Source of the DNA: a virus
Reading direction: 5' to 3' (one strand)
Virus record (IMG/VR): IMGVR_UViG_3300016476_000174
Coordinates: 1-64,000 of that record
DNA length: 64,000 nucleotides
Shown here: in pieces, positions 47,826-57,419 of the stretch
How positions within the stretch are numbered: position 1 is the stretch's first letter
How the letters are laid out: every line of letters starts with the position of its first letter
Notes under the pieces: generated by a model
Told to the model about the DNA's origin: nothing
The model's database searches: none
The model's input: the letters and a program-made list of their open reading frames with translations, nothing else
Program-made: the position numbers and the translations under genes

Positions 47826-50225
47826 TTATTTTTTATGATTATATGGGATTCTTTGACTACTTGTCTTAGTCCTCTTAAATTTAGCCTTCTCAGCAGGACT
47901 CATTTCTGAAGAAGTTTTAGGTGTTTGACTAGATACTCTTTTAGAAGGACGACATGCTGGGTAAGCTCTATTCTCTCCTTCTTGTCTACCGCAAGCTTTT
48001 CCTGACTTTACATCAACCCACTTCTCTGCAAACCATCTATCTAATCCACCATGTTGTCCACCACTTGCATTCTTTGGTAACACACCAGTTCCTTGTTTAT
48101 AATTCTTACCAAACCAAGTAGCTTGCTGATCTGTTGGAAACTGAATATATGTTTTAGTACTATCTGCATAATCAAAAGGGTCAATACCTGCTGCTGGTAG
48201 ATATGTAAGTTTGCCTTTTACCATAGCTACTTTAGGATAAACTCTACCATCACCTGATTCCATATAGTGGGTGCTAGGTCCTTTTAGTCCAGGTATCTGA
48301 AGATTAGGACCATTCTTTTGGTATAATCTTTTTACCCAATCTAAATTACGATTAGCATTAAGTACACTATCTACATAAGCAGTACCACCACCTTGCATCA
48401 TAGGATACTCATCTACATAAGATGCTCCACCAAAATTATACTCTTGTCCTGGATACATCATCTGTTGTTGACCATTAGATCCTACACCGTACACTGGATA
48501 AGGAACTCCTTGCATAGTTATATTACTACTAGGTATACGAGTTACTTGACCAGGATAAGCCCACTGACCACGAGGATCTAATATAGGTCCACCTTGTTGA
48601 GCCATATTAATATTTGGCTGAGTATTCTCATTCTGTGCAATAGTATTATTTAAAAGAATAATCTTACCAGGACTATACTTCTGCTGCATTCTTTTAAAGG
48701 TAGGATCATTCTGGATGTTCTTATTCTTTAAAGCTTTTTCATATATAGTTCTATTGATGTTATCTCCAAACTTTTTAGTAAGACCATTCTTATACATCAA
48801 GTGTCTCATAGCTGTTAAATCAGCATAGGACTCATTAGCAAAATCTCCAAAACCTCTATTGTCATAATGCTCATCATTATTAGCTATGGGATAAGCAAAG
48901 TTTTTTAATTTCTCAACTTCTAGTTTATTTAAACTAGTACCAAAAGTATGTTTTTTATCAGAAGCTAAATTATCCCAATACTGACTATTATCATAGTCAG
49001 AATGTAAAGCTGTACTTAAACGATCACCTTTAAATAAAGAGTGACCTAGCTCATGTGCTACAACACTTTCTAAATTAGAACTATTTAATACAGTTTTTCT
49101 TTTAGTAGGATCGTAATAGTCTTTAAATGTTCCAATCTTTTTAATTTGAGCTGGTTGATTATATAAATCTATAAGTCTATATGTCTTTTTACCAGAAGCA
49201 ATAGATTCTTGAAACATCTTAGGATCTTCAAAGTAATTCATATTATTACCTAAATATGTTTCAGGATGCATAGCTTGTCTCTTTGCATACAAAGGTGATT
49301 GAATATATCCTGCTATCTCATCTCTAATAGTATTAACTGTACCTTGGTTAATAGGTTTAAAGTCATACTTTCCTTCCCAAAAAGGATTAGTTATTGTTTG
49401 ACCACCACCTTGCATTTTTTGACCACCACATTTATAACACGGTTGTCCACCATACTTTTGTTTAAGAGTTTCTAAAAAAGAATTAGTACCTCCATGTTGT
49501 TTCTTAGCTTTAGGATAATACACTCTACCATATATTTTATATGGAGATCCCTGCATTTGATTTTGTAACTTTTCAGGAAAATCATACTGATCAGAATAAG
49601 ATAAATAATCACCCTGTTTATCAGATCCTCTACTAACTACAAATTGACCTAGTGCTCTAGCACGACTAACCATTGGTCTTCCTATAAGTGGATTTTCATC
49701 GTTTGGCTCAAACTTAACCATTTGTTTGTCACCTTCCCAAAATGCATTAGGATTACCAGGAAACTTACTATCAACAAAATATTCATCAGTAGGTAGTATC
49801 TGACCTGGTTTAACTTTATCTTTAAAACTATTAAATATATCTTGCTCTAATTGATCATCTGCACTATAGTAATAACCATTAGGATCTGCATTAATAGTTG
49901 GTTTATACTTAGATGGTCTAAAGTATTTAGGTTTATCTTCAAGACCTAAATATAATTTAAATGCTTCTTCACTACGAACATCATCATATTCATCTCTATC
50001 ATTATTAAATGCAAATCTTATATAGTTTTTAAGATCAGTATAATCTGTAGGACGAACTGTTCTATATACTTTTTGTCTACGTTCTAATGTTTCTTTAGGA
50101 AATACTCTTGGGTCAACAGGAGCTTTAGCTGTTACTTGTCCAGCTCTTTGCATCTTCTGTAACCCAGGAAGTACTCTATCCTTTACATTAGCAGCACTAA
50201 TCATATATTGTAATAACTTATTCAT
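47826..50225 (-). CDS. Modular protein with xxxGG linkers, HExxH module and C-terminal GLDRWF...CRP module
   Basis: KQHGG, QKYGG, YKCGG, MQGGG, AQQGG, NASGG; VAHELGH. Confidence 0.7.
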   Translation of the reverse strand: MNKLLQYMISAANVKDRVLPGLQKMQRAGQVTAKAPVDPRVFPKETLERRQKVYRTVRPTDYTDLKNYIRFAFNNDRDEYDDVRSEEAFKLYLGLEDKPKYFRPSKYKPTINADPNGYYYSADDQLEQDIFNSFKDKVKPGQILPTDEYFVDSKFPGNPNAFWEGDKQMVKFEPNDENPLIGRPMVSRARALGQFVVSRGSDKQGDYLSYSDQYDFPEKLQNQMQGSPYKIYGRVYYPKAKKQHGGTNSFLETLKQKYGGQPCYKCGGQKMQGGGQTITNPFWEGKYDFKPINQGTVNTIRDEIAGYIQSPLYAKRQAMHPETYLGNNMNYFEDPKMFQESIASGKKTYRLIDLYNQPAQIKKIGTFKDYYDPTKRKTVLNSSNLESVVAHELGHSLFKGDRLSTALHSDYDNSQYWDNLASDKKHTFGTSLNKLEVEKLKNFAYPIANNDEHYDNRGFGDFANESYADLTAMRHLMYKNGLTKKFGDNINRTIYEKALKNKNIQNDPTFKRMQQKYSPGKIILLNNTIAQNENTQPNINMAQQGGPILDPRGQWAYPGQVTRIPSSNITMQGVPYPVYGVGSNGQQQMMYPGQEYNFGGASYVDEYPMMQGGGTAYVDSVLNANRNLDWVKRLYQKNGPNLQIPGLKGPSTHYMESGDGRVYPKVAMVKGKLTYLPAAGIDPFDYADSTKTYIQFPTDQQATWFGKNYKQGTGVLPKNASGGQHGGLDRWFAEKWVDVKSGKACGRQEGENRAYPACRPSKRVSSQTPKTSSEMSPAEKAKFKRTKTSSQRIPYNHKK

Positions 50226-53200
50226 TATCTATGTGACTGTATAAACTTTTGATTAGATATCTTAAATAACATTTTTAAATCTCCACTCTTCAATTTTCTT
50301 AACCACACCTTATTTACATTATGTCTAAACTTCTTACGTTCTAAGGCTGCCTTGTTGTAATTAACATACTGAGGGTTAATCTCGTATTGGTAACCATTAG
50401 CTTTTGTAATAAACATAGACTGATTAACGGTAGTATTAAACTCGCCACGGTCTTTAGTAATATCCCAGAACTGATTAAATCTATACTTGTTCTCTTCTTT
50501 AGAGAATAAAATCTTAATAGAGTTAGGTTGGATCTGAGGATAAGATAAAGCTGCAACAGGATTGTTTTTAGGCTTTAAGTTTAACTCTAGTAATCCAGAT
50601 ACTTGTTCTGAGTTAGAAATAATAGCTTGATCAAAGTTTTGATCTAATACATGGAACTTATCTGCACAGTTATTATGTGTCTTGTATACTTCTAGTAAGT
50701 ATTCAATGTTTCTTACAGAGTTAACTTGCTGACCTGTAGCTGAGATAAACTCCACCTCAAATGGATAATCTTTACCATAGAAGTTTGCATAAGAATCACA
50801 ACGTACATTATGTTTCCATATAGAGTTTGTATCCACACTCATAAAATGAGCTTTACCTGGAATAGTAAATGTAGGATTCCAGTCATGGAATGATAACCAT
50901 GTTTGACTCTTAGGATCATAACTAATAGTCCATGAAGCATTTTCAAATGCTAAAGGATTATTAAAATCATAGTATGTCTTAACACCAGCAACTGTTCTAT
51001 AGAACTTACCGTCACCATCATGAGCCATATCAGCAAACAAAGGTTTATAGTCTTTCTTAGTGATATAGATTATCTCATTAGTATTATCATAAGTCATTTG
51101 TACCCCTACACCTTTTACAGGGTTATCATAATGAGGATAGTTAGGGTACTTAGCTAGTAATTCAGAAGGTAGATATTTAGCAAACCACCACTTCATTCCT
51201 TCTCTAGAAATCTCTTTAAGCTGTCCAGCATACTGGAATACTTTTCCTTGATTCTGAGAAACCCAGAATACGCCATGAGTACATCCTAAGTTAGCAAACT
51301 TATTTTGGCATGATCCATACTCAAATGACTCATCTGCATTTACTAAAGCTTGAAGTTGTTGAGGACCACTAAATAAAGCTCCATCACCAATTGTAATCTT
51401 AGCACCTGTACCATCAAGCTTGAGTTCTTCTACGCCCATGAACTGCATAGGACTTTGATAAGCCATCATGAACAAAGCACCAGTCTTATTTATAGACTTA
51501 ATAGCTGTTACACGACTATTAAAAGTCTTATAATTATTAGCTAAATAAACTCTCCAGTTATCTTTCTTACTCTCATCTTGTTGTGGTAGAGAATAAATAA
51601 CTCTGTTTGGATAGTAACTATAACATGTCTGTGCTTTTTTAGGATCAAAGTCTCTATCAAGCATATTACCCCAAGTGATCTGAGAATTAAATAATTTAGA
51701 CACACTTAGTGAATAGTCGTACTTATAATAGTTAGGTTCTTTAATTATATCTGATCTAAATAAACTTGATAAATCAGTTAATCCATTTACATCATAATGA
51801 CGTTTATCAGGACGATCTTCCCAGTCTCTGTATGCTACATTAACTTCTGATTCTACAAAGAAGTCACGTACACCTGAATTAAATAAATAAAAGTATCCTC
51901 TACTAACATGGAATGTACCAGATTTTCTATGATCTAGCACTCTAAACGAACTAGCTAATTTAAATAATCCACCAGATAAATCAGTATTGTTAACCCAGAA
52001 TCTAGGATAAGGCATACTAAAATACATAGTGTAATCTAGCTCTGCACCATTAGGCTCACCATATAACCATGTATTAAAGAACAACATACTGTTCTTTTCA
52101 GTGAATCTATTAATGTACACGTCACCACCAAAATAAACATTAGATGTAAACTTAGTAGCATTAGAGGTAGATATATCTTCTATACATGAAGAAATAGGTA
52201 ACTGCTTTAAACTATCTAGCTGTCCATATTGTGAAGGAAGAGAAATCTTTAAAGCACCATAGTGACCAGATATTGTACTTTGATATGTAGAATATAAAGA
52301 AGCATCTTTTTCACTAATTAAAAATCTACTATTATCAACTACTGTTGGATCTGATATTTCTGCGTTTGTTTTAAGTATAACAAACTTACCACGGTTAAAA
52401 TTATTAACTGTATAGTTTTGTGAGTTTGCAGTAAACGATTGAATGTCTGATCCTACATAACTAGACTCAATAATCTTTCTTCTTCTATTACCTTCTAATG
52501 TTGTTTTAGATTTATTATAGTATCCATGAGCAACATACTGAGCAGCATATTGATTATAAGGAATAATAGCTAATAATAACTTCATCAATTGCTCAGAAGT
52601 AATGTTTGTCTGTATAACAGCCATTGCTCCTAACACTACAGTATTAGCTATTGTAATAGCTGTATTAGCAGCTTGTCTTTTAGCAGCTCCAATTTGATCT
52701 GTTCCAGGTGCACCTGTACTACCTACATAACCACTTGATACACCAAGAAATGCACCAGCCATCATCTCAGCTCTATGGGGAGCTAATAAACTTTGAGTAA
52801 ATGGTAATTTCTCATCACCTTGAAGATCCATCCTAACATCTGCACCTGCTACTGCTCCAACTACTTTTGCAATAGTTGCTACTGCTCCTAATACATTAGT
52901 TAAGATATCAGAGAAGTTTGTAGGAATTTTAAACTTAGGATGTTTATATGGAGTTTCAAATCTACCATTAGACTCACCATAAATCTCTTGATAAAGTTTT
53001 ACTTCACTACTATTTAAATACGGTGTACTAAATGTTACATCAGGACCATGAAAAGATAGTACATCTTTCTTATAAGCGTTTAACTTAGAAGATTTAGGAT
53101 CTGGACCACCATTATCTCCTAACTGTTCTTGAGAAGTTAAGTAACTATCTTCTCTTAAATCATTAAACGGATAGTTCTGGTATAATCCTGTAACATTAGT

Positions 53201-54844
53201 TTGATTAGGAACAGAGTATTCTCTCATGTTATTAATCAAACCTTTACTTACAATAGTCTTATGTCCTTCTCTTGATCCACGTAATATTTCATAACCTACA
53301 ATAGATGTAATAACATTTCCATTAGCATCTACAGGCTTTGTAATATTTTGAAACTCTACACCTAGAATTACAATAGTATTTCCTTCATCTTTAAAGTGAT
53401 TTACAACATCACCACCAGTGATTGTAACATCTGGAAATTTATGATGTCTAATAGGCTGACCACATAAATTACCCCATATATCCACTCTATTAGAAGGATA
53501 TAGCTCTGTAGATTCCCAGTAGCCCATTTTACCTTTAGCTACAACACGACCACCATCTGCTAAAACAGAAGGGGTAGTTGTTTCTACTGTAGCAGTATTA
53601 CTTATCTGCCATCTTTCTAATTGAATACCATCTAATGCTTCATAGGCATCTGTTCCATTAGCTAAAGCTGTGTCAGTAGATACTGGTCCTCTACCTGGAA
53701 TATGATAAGACTCAGAACGTTCTCCTGTATTATACACCCATCTAATAAAGAATGCATATTGTTCATCTCTCATGTATCCAGTATTATTACCACCTTTTAC
53801 ATAATAGTTAGCAGGATATTCTACAGCAACCCATCTAGCTTGAATACTATTAGCTTGAGGCTGGTAGTTAAACTTAGTCTTACTATATGTACCTACACGT
53901 AACATGTAATTATTTACAGTATAGATAGCATCAGACTTTTCAATAGGTTCAGTTCTTACAACAATCTGAGAAATAGGAATTGTTTCAAAATCGTTACTTA
54001 GAGTATCTAGATAAATAGTACCTTGGTTAGTAGAATAATATCCAACCCTACGAGCAATAGTTTGCCCGTTTATCTGAGCTAGAATAACTAACTCAAATTC
54101 TTCAAAGTCTTCATCTACAGAACTAATCTTTACTTCTAAAGAACCAGATAAATTCTGATGACTAAATAATGATTGTACTTCTGATAAACCAAGGTAGTCT
54201 GTTACCTTAACTTTATTGATAGTATATGCAATAGCTATTTGGTATGATCCATTAGGAAGAGTACCACTAGCTTTACCTTTTTCTAAAACAATACATGGAT
54301 GCTTGATAAGAGATGCTAAACGGATCTCCTCACAATCAAGTTCTGTTGTATATACTTTAGTAACACATCCATTACTGATTGTTTCAGTATATTTAAATGG
54401 AGGATTTTCTAAGTCCATGAATCTGTCTGGATTTAATCCATCAGACCAATACACTGGACGTTCACAATCATAACGTCTACGACTAGTTCCTGTAATAAGG
54501 TTAGAGCGTTTAAAGTTTAAACACTTAGCATTTACTTTCTTTGTATAAGAACAAGCTGACTCATCAAATATACCAATCTCAGAGTCTACATCATCTGTTG
54601 TAAAGATAGCCCACATATCATCAGTAAGATGAATGCAGCCAATCATAGTGTAAGGAAGAGTTACACAATGTAGATTAGATGGTTCGTTACCAATAACACC
54701 AATCTGACCATCATGTGAGTTATTAACAGCATTACGGGCATGTGTCCACAATCCCTCACCAACGAAGGTTTCATTATAATCCTTAACCATACCTTTATTA
54801 AAAAGATTGGTAGTAGATGTAGGGTTCTGTGTATTTTCAGCCAT
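50225..54844 (-). CDS. Tail stabilization/muzzle protein (crAss-like)
   Basis: 1539 aa; F.KGM.KD, ARNAVN, GGDVYINRF, YGSCQN and SWTISY...WLSFHDW motifs; follows ring proteins. Confidence 0.75.
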   Translation of the reverse strand: MAENTQNPTSTTNLFNKGMVKDYNETFVGEGLWTHARNAVNNSHDGQIGVIGNEPSNLHCVTLPYTMIGCIHLTDDMWAIFTTDDVDSEIGIFDESACSYTKKVNAKCLNFKRSNLITGTSRRRYDCERPVYWSDGLNPDRFMDLENPPFKYTETISNGCVTKVYTTELDCEEIRLASLIKHPCIVLEKGKASGTLPNGSYQIAIAYTINKVKVTDYLGLSEVQSLFSHQNLSGSLEVKISSVDEDFEEFELVILAQINGQTIARRVGYYSTNQGTIYLDTLSNDFETIPISQIVVRTEPIEKSDAIYTVNNYMLRVGTYSKTKFNYQPQANSIQARWVAVEYPANYYVKGGNNTGYMRDEQYAFFIRWVYNTGERSESYHIPGRGPVSTDTALANGTDAYEALDGIQLERWQISNTATVETTTPSVLADGGRVVAKGKMGYWESTELYPSNRVDIWGNLCGQPIRHHKFPDVTITGGDVVNHFKDEGNTIVILGVEFQNITKPVDANGNVITSIVGYEILRGSREGHKTIVSKGLINNMREYSVPNQTNVTGLYQNYPFNDLREDSYLTSQEQLGDNGGPDPKSSKLNAYKKDVLSFHGPDVTFSTPYLNSSEVKLYQEIYGESNGRFETPYKHPKFKIPTNFSDILTNVLGAVATIAKVVGAVAGADVRMDLQGDEKLPFTQSLLAPHRAEMMAGAFLGVSSGYVGSTGAPGTDQIGAAKRQAANTAITIANTVVLGAMAVIQTNITSEQLMKLLLAIIPYNQYAAQYVAHGYYNKSKTTLEGNRRRKIIESSYVGSDIQSFTANSQNYTVNNFNRGKFVILKTNAEISDPTVVDNSRFLISEKDASLYSTYQSTISGHYGALKISLPSQYGQLDSLKQLPISSCIEDISTSNATKFTSNVYFGGDVYINRFTEKNSMLFFNTWLYGEPNGAELDYTMYFSMPYPRFWVNNTDLSGGLFKLASSFRVLDHRKSGTFHVSRGYFYLFNSGVRDFFVESEVNVAYRDWEDRPDKRHYDVNGLTDLSSLFRSDIIKEPNYYKYDYSLSVSKLFNSQITWGNMLDRDFDPKKAQTCYSYYPNRVIYSLPQQDESKKDNWRVYLANNYKTFNSRVTAIKSINKTGALFMMAYQSPMQFMGVEELKLDGTGAKITIGDGALFSGPQQLQALVNADESFEYGSCQNKFANLGCTHGVFWVSQNQGKVFQYAGQLKEISREGMKWWFAKYLPSELLAKYPNYPHYDNPVKGVGVQMTYDNTNEIIYITKKDYKPLFADMAHDGDGKFYRTVAGVKTYYDFNNPLAFENASWTISYDPKSQTWLSFHDWNPTFTIPGKAHFMSVDTNSIWKHNVRCDSYANFYGKDYPFEVEFISATGQQVNSVRNIEYLLEVYKTHNNCADKFHVLDQNFDQAIISNSEQVSGLLELNLKPKNNPVAALSYPQIQPNSIKILFSKEENKYRFNQFWDITKDRGEFNTTVNQSMFITKANGYQYEINPQYVNYNKAALERKKFRHNVNKVWLRKLKSGDLKMLFKISNQKFIQSHR

Positions 54845-55196
54845 GTTTAATTACTAACTTCTTCTTGTCCAAAAATTTATATATTTCTCCAGAAAGATGA
54901 CCAACCAACCAAGCTTGTGCCTCTTCATCTGTAATATCTCTATCTTCTGTTATTCTCACTACAGCATGATAAAGTTCATGGGCAATGGTATTATGAGTTA
55001 AGTACTGACTACCTAGTAATAAATAATAATTATCTATATCTGGCATTACTAATGCTCCTTCAGCCTCTCCTCCAAAATCATCTTTAATCTTATACTTCTT
55101 GTAAAGTTTTTCTGCTGCTGCAGATACACTTTCCACCACTACTACTATGAGTTTACAACTATAAGTTGGTAGTTTTATGGTGGTACTTAATTTCAT
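54837..55196 (-). CDS. Small HExxH metallopeptidase-like protein
   Basis: TIAHELYHAV...DEEAQAWL. Confidence 0.6.
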   Translation of the reverse strand: MKLSTTIKLPTYSCKLIVVVVESVSAAAEKLYKKYKIKDDFGGEAEGALVMPDIDNYYLLLGSQYLTHNTIAHELYHAVVRITEDRDITDEEAQAWLVGHLSGEIYKFLDKKKLVIKHG

Positions 55197-55198
55197 AA

Positions 55199-56092
55199 TT
55201 AAAAGCCATCTGTGCTTTTAAACATATCGTAATATCTATTATACTGAGCTTTACGGTTCATCTGCCATACTTTATACATTTCAGCAAAATCTGGAGTGTT
55301 TACTATACTTAAAGAGTTATTACGAGCTGCTCTTAAACGTTGTTCAATAAGCTGCATCTTTTGAGTTACATCTTCTCCATTAATGTATAAGTTTTCTAGA
55401 ATACGTTGTTTCATTGCGTACTCATAATACTCATTAATAACAGGATGATCTAGTACAAGTAAATTACCATCATTATCTTCAAGAGCCCCTTGATAAGAAA
55501 TAAAAATAGAACCTTCTTCTAGATTAGTATAGATAAAACCATTTTTAATATACGCACTCTTCTGAGTATCATTAAGAGCATCTACTCTTCCTGTAGAAGT
55601 GGCTATGTTTAGCTTTTCAAAAGTCTCATAAGTTTTAACTTCATGTTTACGTTTCTCAATTACTTGTACATAAACTTTTTCACCAGTCTTACATTCTACA
55701 GCATATGTTCTTTCACAGATACATGTAGTGTCTGTACCACCACAAGTATTACATGTATTTACACCATTTACAATAGTGCATTTAGAAGGATCTAATATCA
55801 CACTCTCTGTGTGACGACCAGACATAGAAGGATATGTTACCTTATATTTACCACATAAATATGCATAGTTAAGCACATAAAAATCACTAGGAAGCTTAAC
55901 TTTTCTTTTCTCAATATCTAATACTTTTTCTTTAGTTCCATGAATTCTAAGACCTAAATCATAGTTAACTCTCTGAGCTACTTTAATAAGCTGAGCAGGC
56001 TCTATCATACCTTCATTACTGTAGGTGACAAAGTCTGTAGCAACTTCATCAAGAAGTTGATCAAAAGTTCTATATTGTAATTCAGTTTTCAT
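55199..56092 (-). CDS. Tail tubular/ring protein
   Basis: KLPSDFY, YIKNGFIYTN..EG.I.ISY; position in the tail module. Confidence 0.65.
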   Translation of the reverse strand: MKTELQYRTFDQLLDEVATDFVTYSNEGMIEPAQLIKVAQRVNYDLGLRIHGTKEKVLDIEKRKVKLPSDFYVLNYAYLCGKYKVTYPSMSGRHTESVILDPSKCTIVNGVNTCNTCGGTDTTCICERTYAVECKTGEKVYVQVIEKRKHEVKTYETFEKLNIATSTGRVDALNDTQKSAYIKNGFIYTNLEEGSIFISYQGALEDNDGNLLVLDHPVINEYYEYAMKQRILENLYINGEDVTQKMQLIEQRLRAARNNSLSIVNTPDFAEMYKVWQMNRKAQYNRYYDMFKSTDGF

Positions 56093-56763
56093 CGTAATAC
56101 GTTCTGTTTATCTTGAGCAGTATCTGATGGAATCTGCATCATTCCAATTAGATCTTTAAATACGTTTGTTTCTATCTCACCAAATAAGTAATCTGGTACA
56201 TTGAATGGTTGGTCTGTCTTTTGAATACAGCTATCAGCAGCACAAGTAAATACAGAGATATCCTCTTCAAAAATTCCTTCTATACGTACAGCATCCCATT
56301 CAATATTAGGAAAGTATAAGTAGTCATTTAAATACCAATAGTATTTAGACTTGTTATACTTAAAGTTTTTAGATTTAGATAAAGATAAAAATGTACTAGG
56401 ATTAGTTGGCTGTAGTTCTTCTGAACCATCTATAGAAGTAGTAGAACGAATTAAAGGACCGTTATATCCTTGCATAAAGATTGGCATCTTTTCTTTTGTA
56501 CGTTTAATAGTACAATCAGAAGATAAACCAGTACAACATGCTTCTACTTTATCCACCTCAATAAGTTCAACAAAGTCCATAGTCTGCACTACACCAGAAT
56601 ATGCAAGAAGTTTATTCTTACCATCCTCACGTTTCATTAGCCATTTAGCATGCTTTAGGATGAATGCATAGATAGCTCTATCAGTCAAGAAAGCATCTTG
56701 TCTGACAGCCTTTATCTGTGTACGCACTCTAGAGATTACATCTCCTATAGTAGTTTTAGCCAT
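56089..56763 (-). CDS. Tail tubular/ring protein
   Basis: YWYLNDYLY...VRIEGIFE...P.D..QD pattern; position in the tail module. Confidence 0.65.
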   Translation of the reverse strand: MAKTTIGDVISRVRTQIKAVRQDAFLTDRAIYAFILKHAKWLMKREDGKNKLLAYSGVVQTMDFVELIEVDKVEACCTGLSSDCTIKRTKEKMPIFMQGYNGPLIRSTTSIDGSEELQPTNPSTFLSLSKSKNFKYNKSKYYWYLNDYLYFPNIEWDAVRIEGIFEEDISVFTCAADSCIQKTDQPFNVPDYLFGEIETNVFKDLIGMMQIPSDTAQDKQNVLR

Positions 56764-56767
56764 AGCC

Positions 56768-57358
56768 TTAATCTAAATTAAACTCATCATATTCTCCATT
56801 TAGAATAATGTTTTGAGTTTCTTGTTTCCTAATATCTTTAAACTTCTCTTTTCTAAAAAGTCTACTTACCCTTACAAGATTGTCTACCATGACATACTTC
56901 TTCCATTCTTGTGGGTAGGTTTGTCCAACCGTTCTTTTAAAATCTCTAATACCAGTAAAGCTCCACATCTCATTATGTCTGAACCTATACTTAGTCTCAA
57001 AGTTTGTATAGAATATCTTAGCAGCATATTGGTCAGATTCCCAGTTTTGATGCTGGATAACTGTTCCATATTTTTTACTTTTACTAAAGTCTACATTACT
57101 CTTTTTACGTGGACAAGTCCCAATAAAGATATAACCTAGTTGCTCTGGTAACTCTACACCATCTCTCTCTTCTACTACTTTCTTCCAGATCTCTCCATTA
57201 AAAGCACTTATAATACTTTTAAAAGTAGATATATCCATAGAAGCATATTTAGGATTACTATCAATAAACTTCTTATAAAAGTCTATGTTAGTAAGATTTA
57301 ACTTCTTAGGTCTATATCTTGGAGCATTTAAATCCGGTTTTTTACATGCTTTTGCCAC
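56768..57358 (-). CDS. IHF/HU-like protein of the crAss-like tail module
   Basis: Helix-helix followed by GVELPEQLGYIFI; GTG start. Confidence 0.5.
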   Translation of the reverse strand: MAKACKKPDLNAPRYRPKKLNLTNIDFYKKFIDSNPKYASMDISTFKSIISAFNGEIWKKVVEERDGVELPEQLGYIFIGTCPRKKSNVDFSKSKKYGTVIQHQNWESDQYAAKIFYTNFETKYRFRHNEMWSFTGIRDFKRTVGQTYPQEWKKYVMVDNLVRVSRLFRKEKFKDIRKQETQNIILNGEYDEFNLD

Positions 57359-57364
57359 AATGAT

Positions 57365-57399
57365 CTACATTAATAATTTACGAAAAATCCATGAAGTTT
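57365..57399 (-). promoter_or_regulatory. Candidate phage late-promoter motif, copy 3
   Basis: Minus strand AAACTTCATGGATTTTTCGTAAATTATTAATGTAG, ending 6 nt before GTG 57358. Confidence 0.5.
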
Positions 57400-57419
57400 C
57401 CTATTTAAACTTTTATAGT

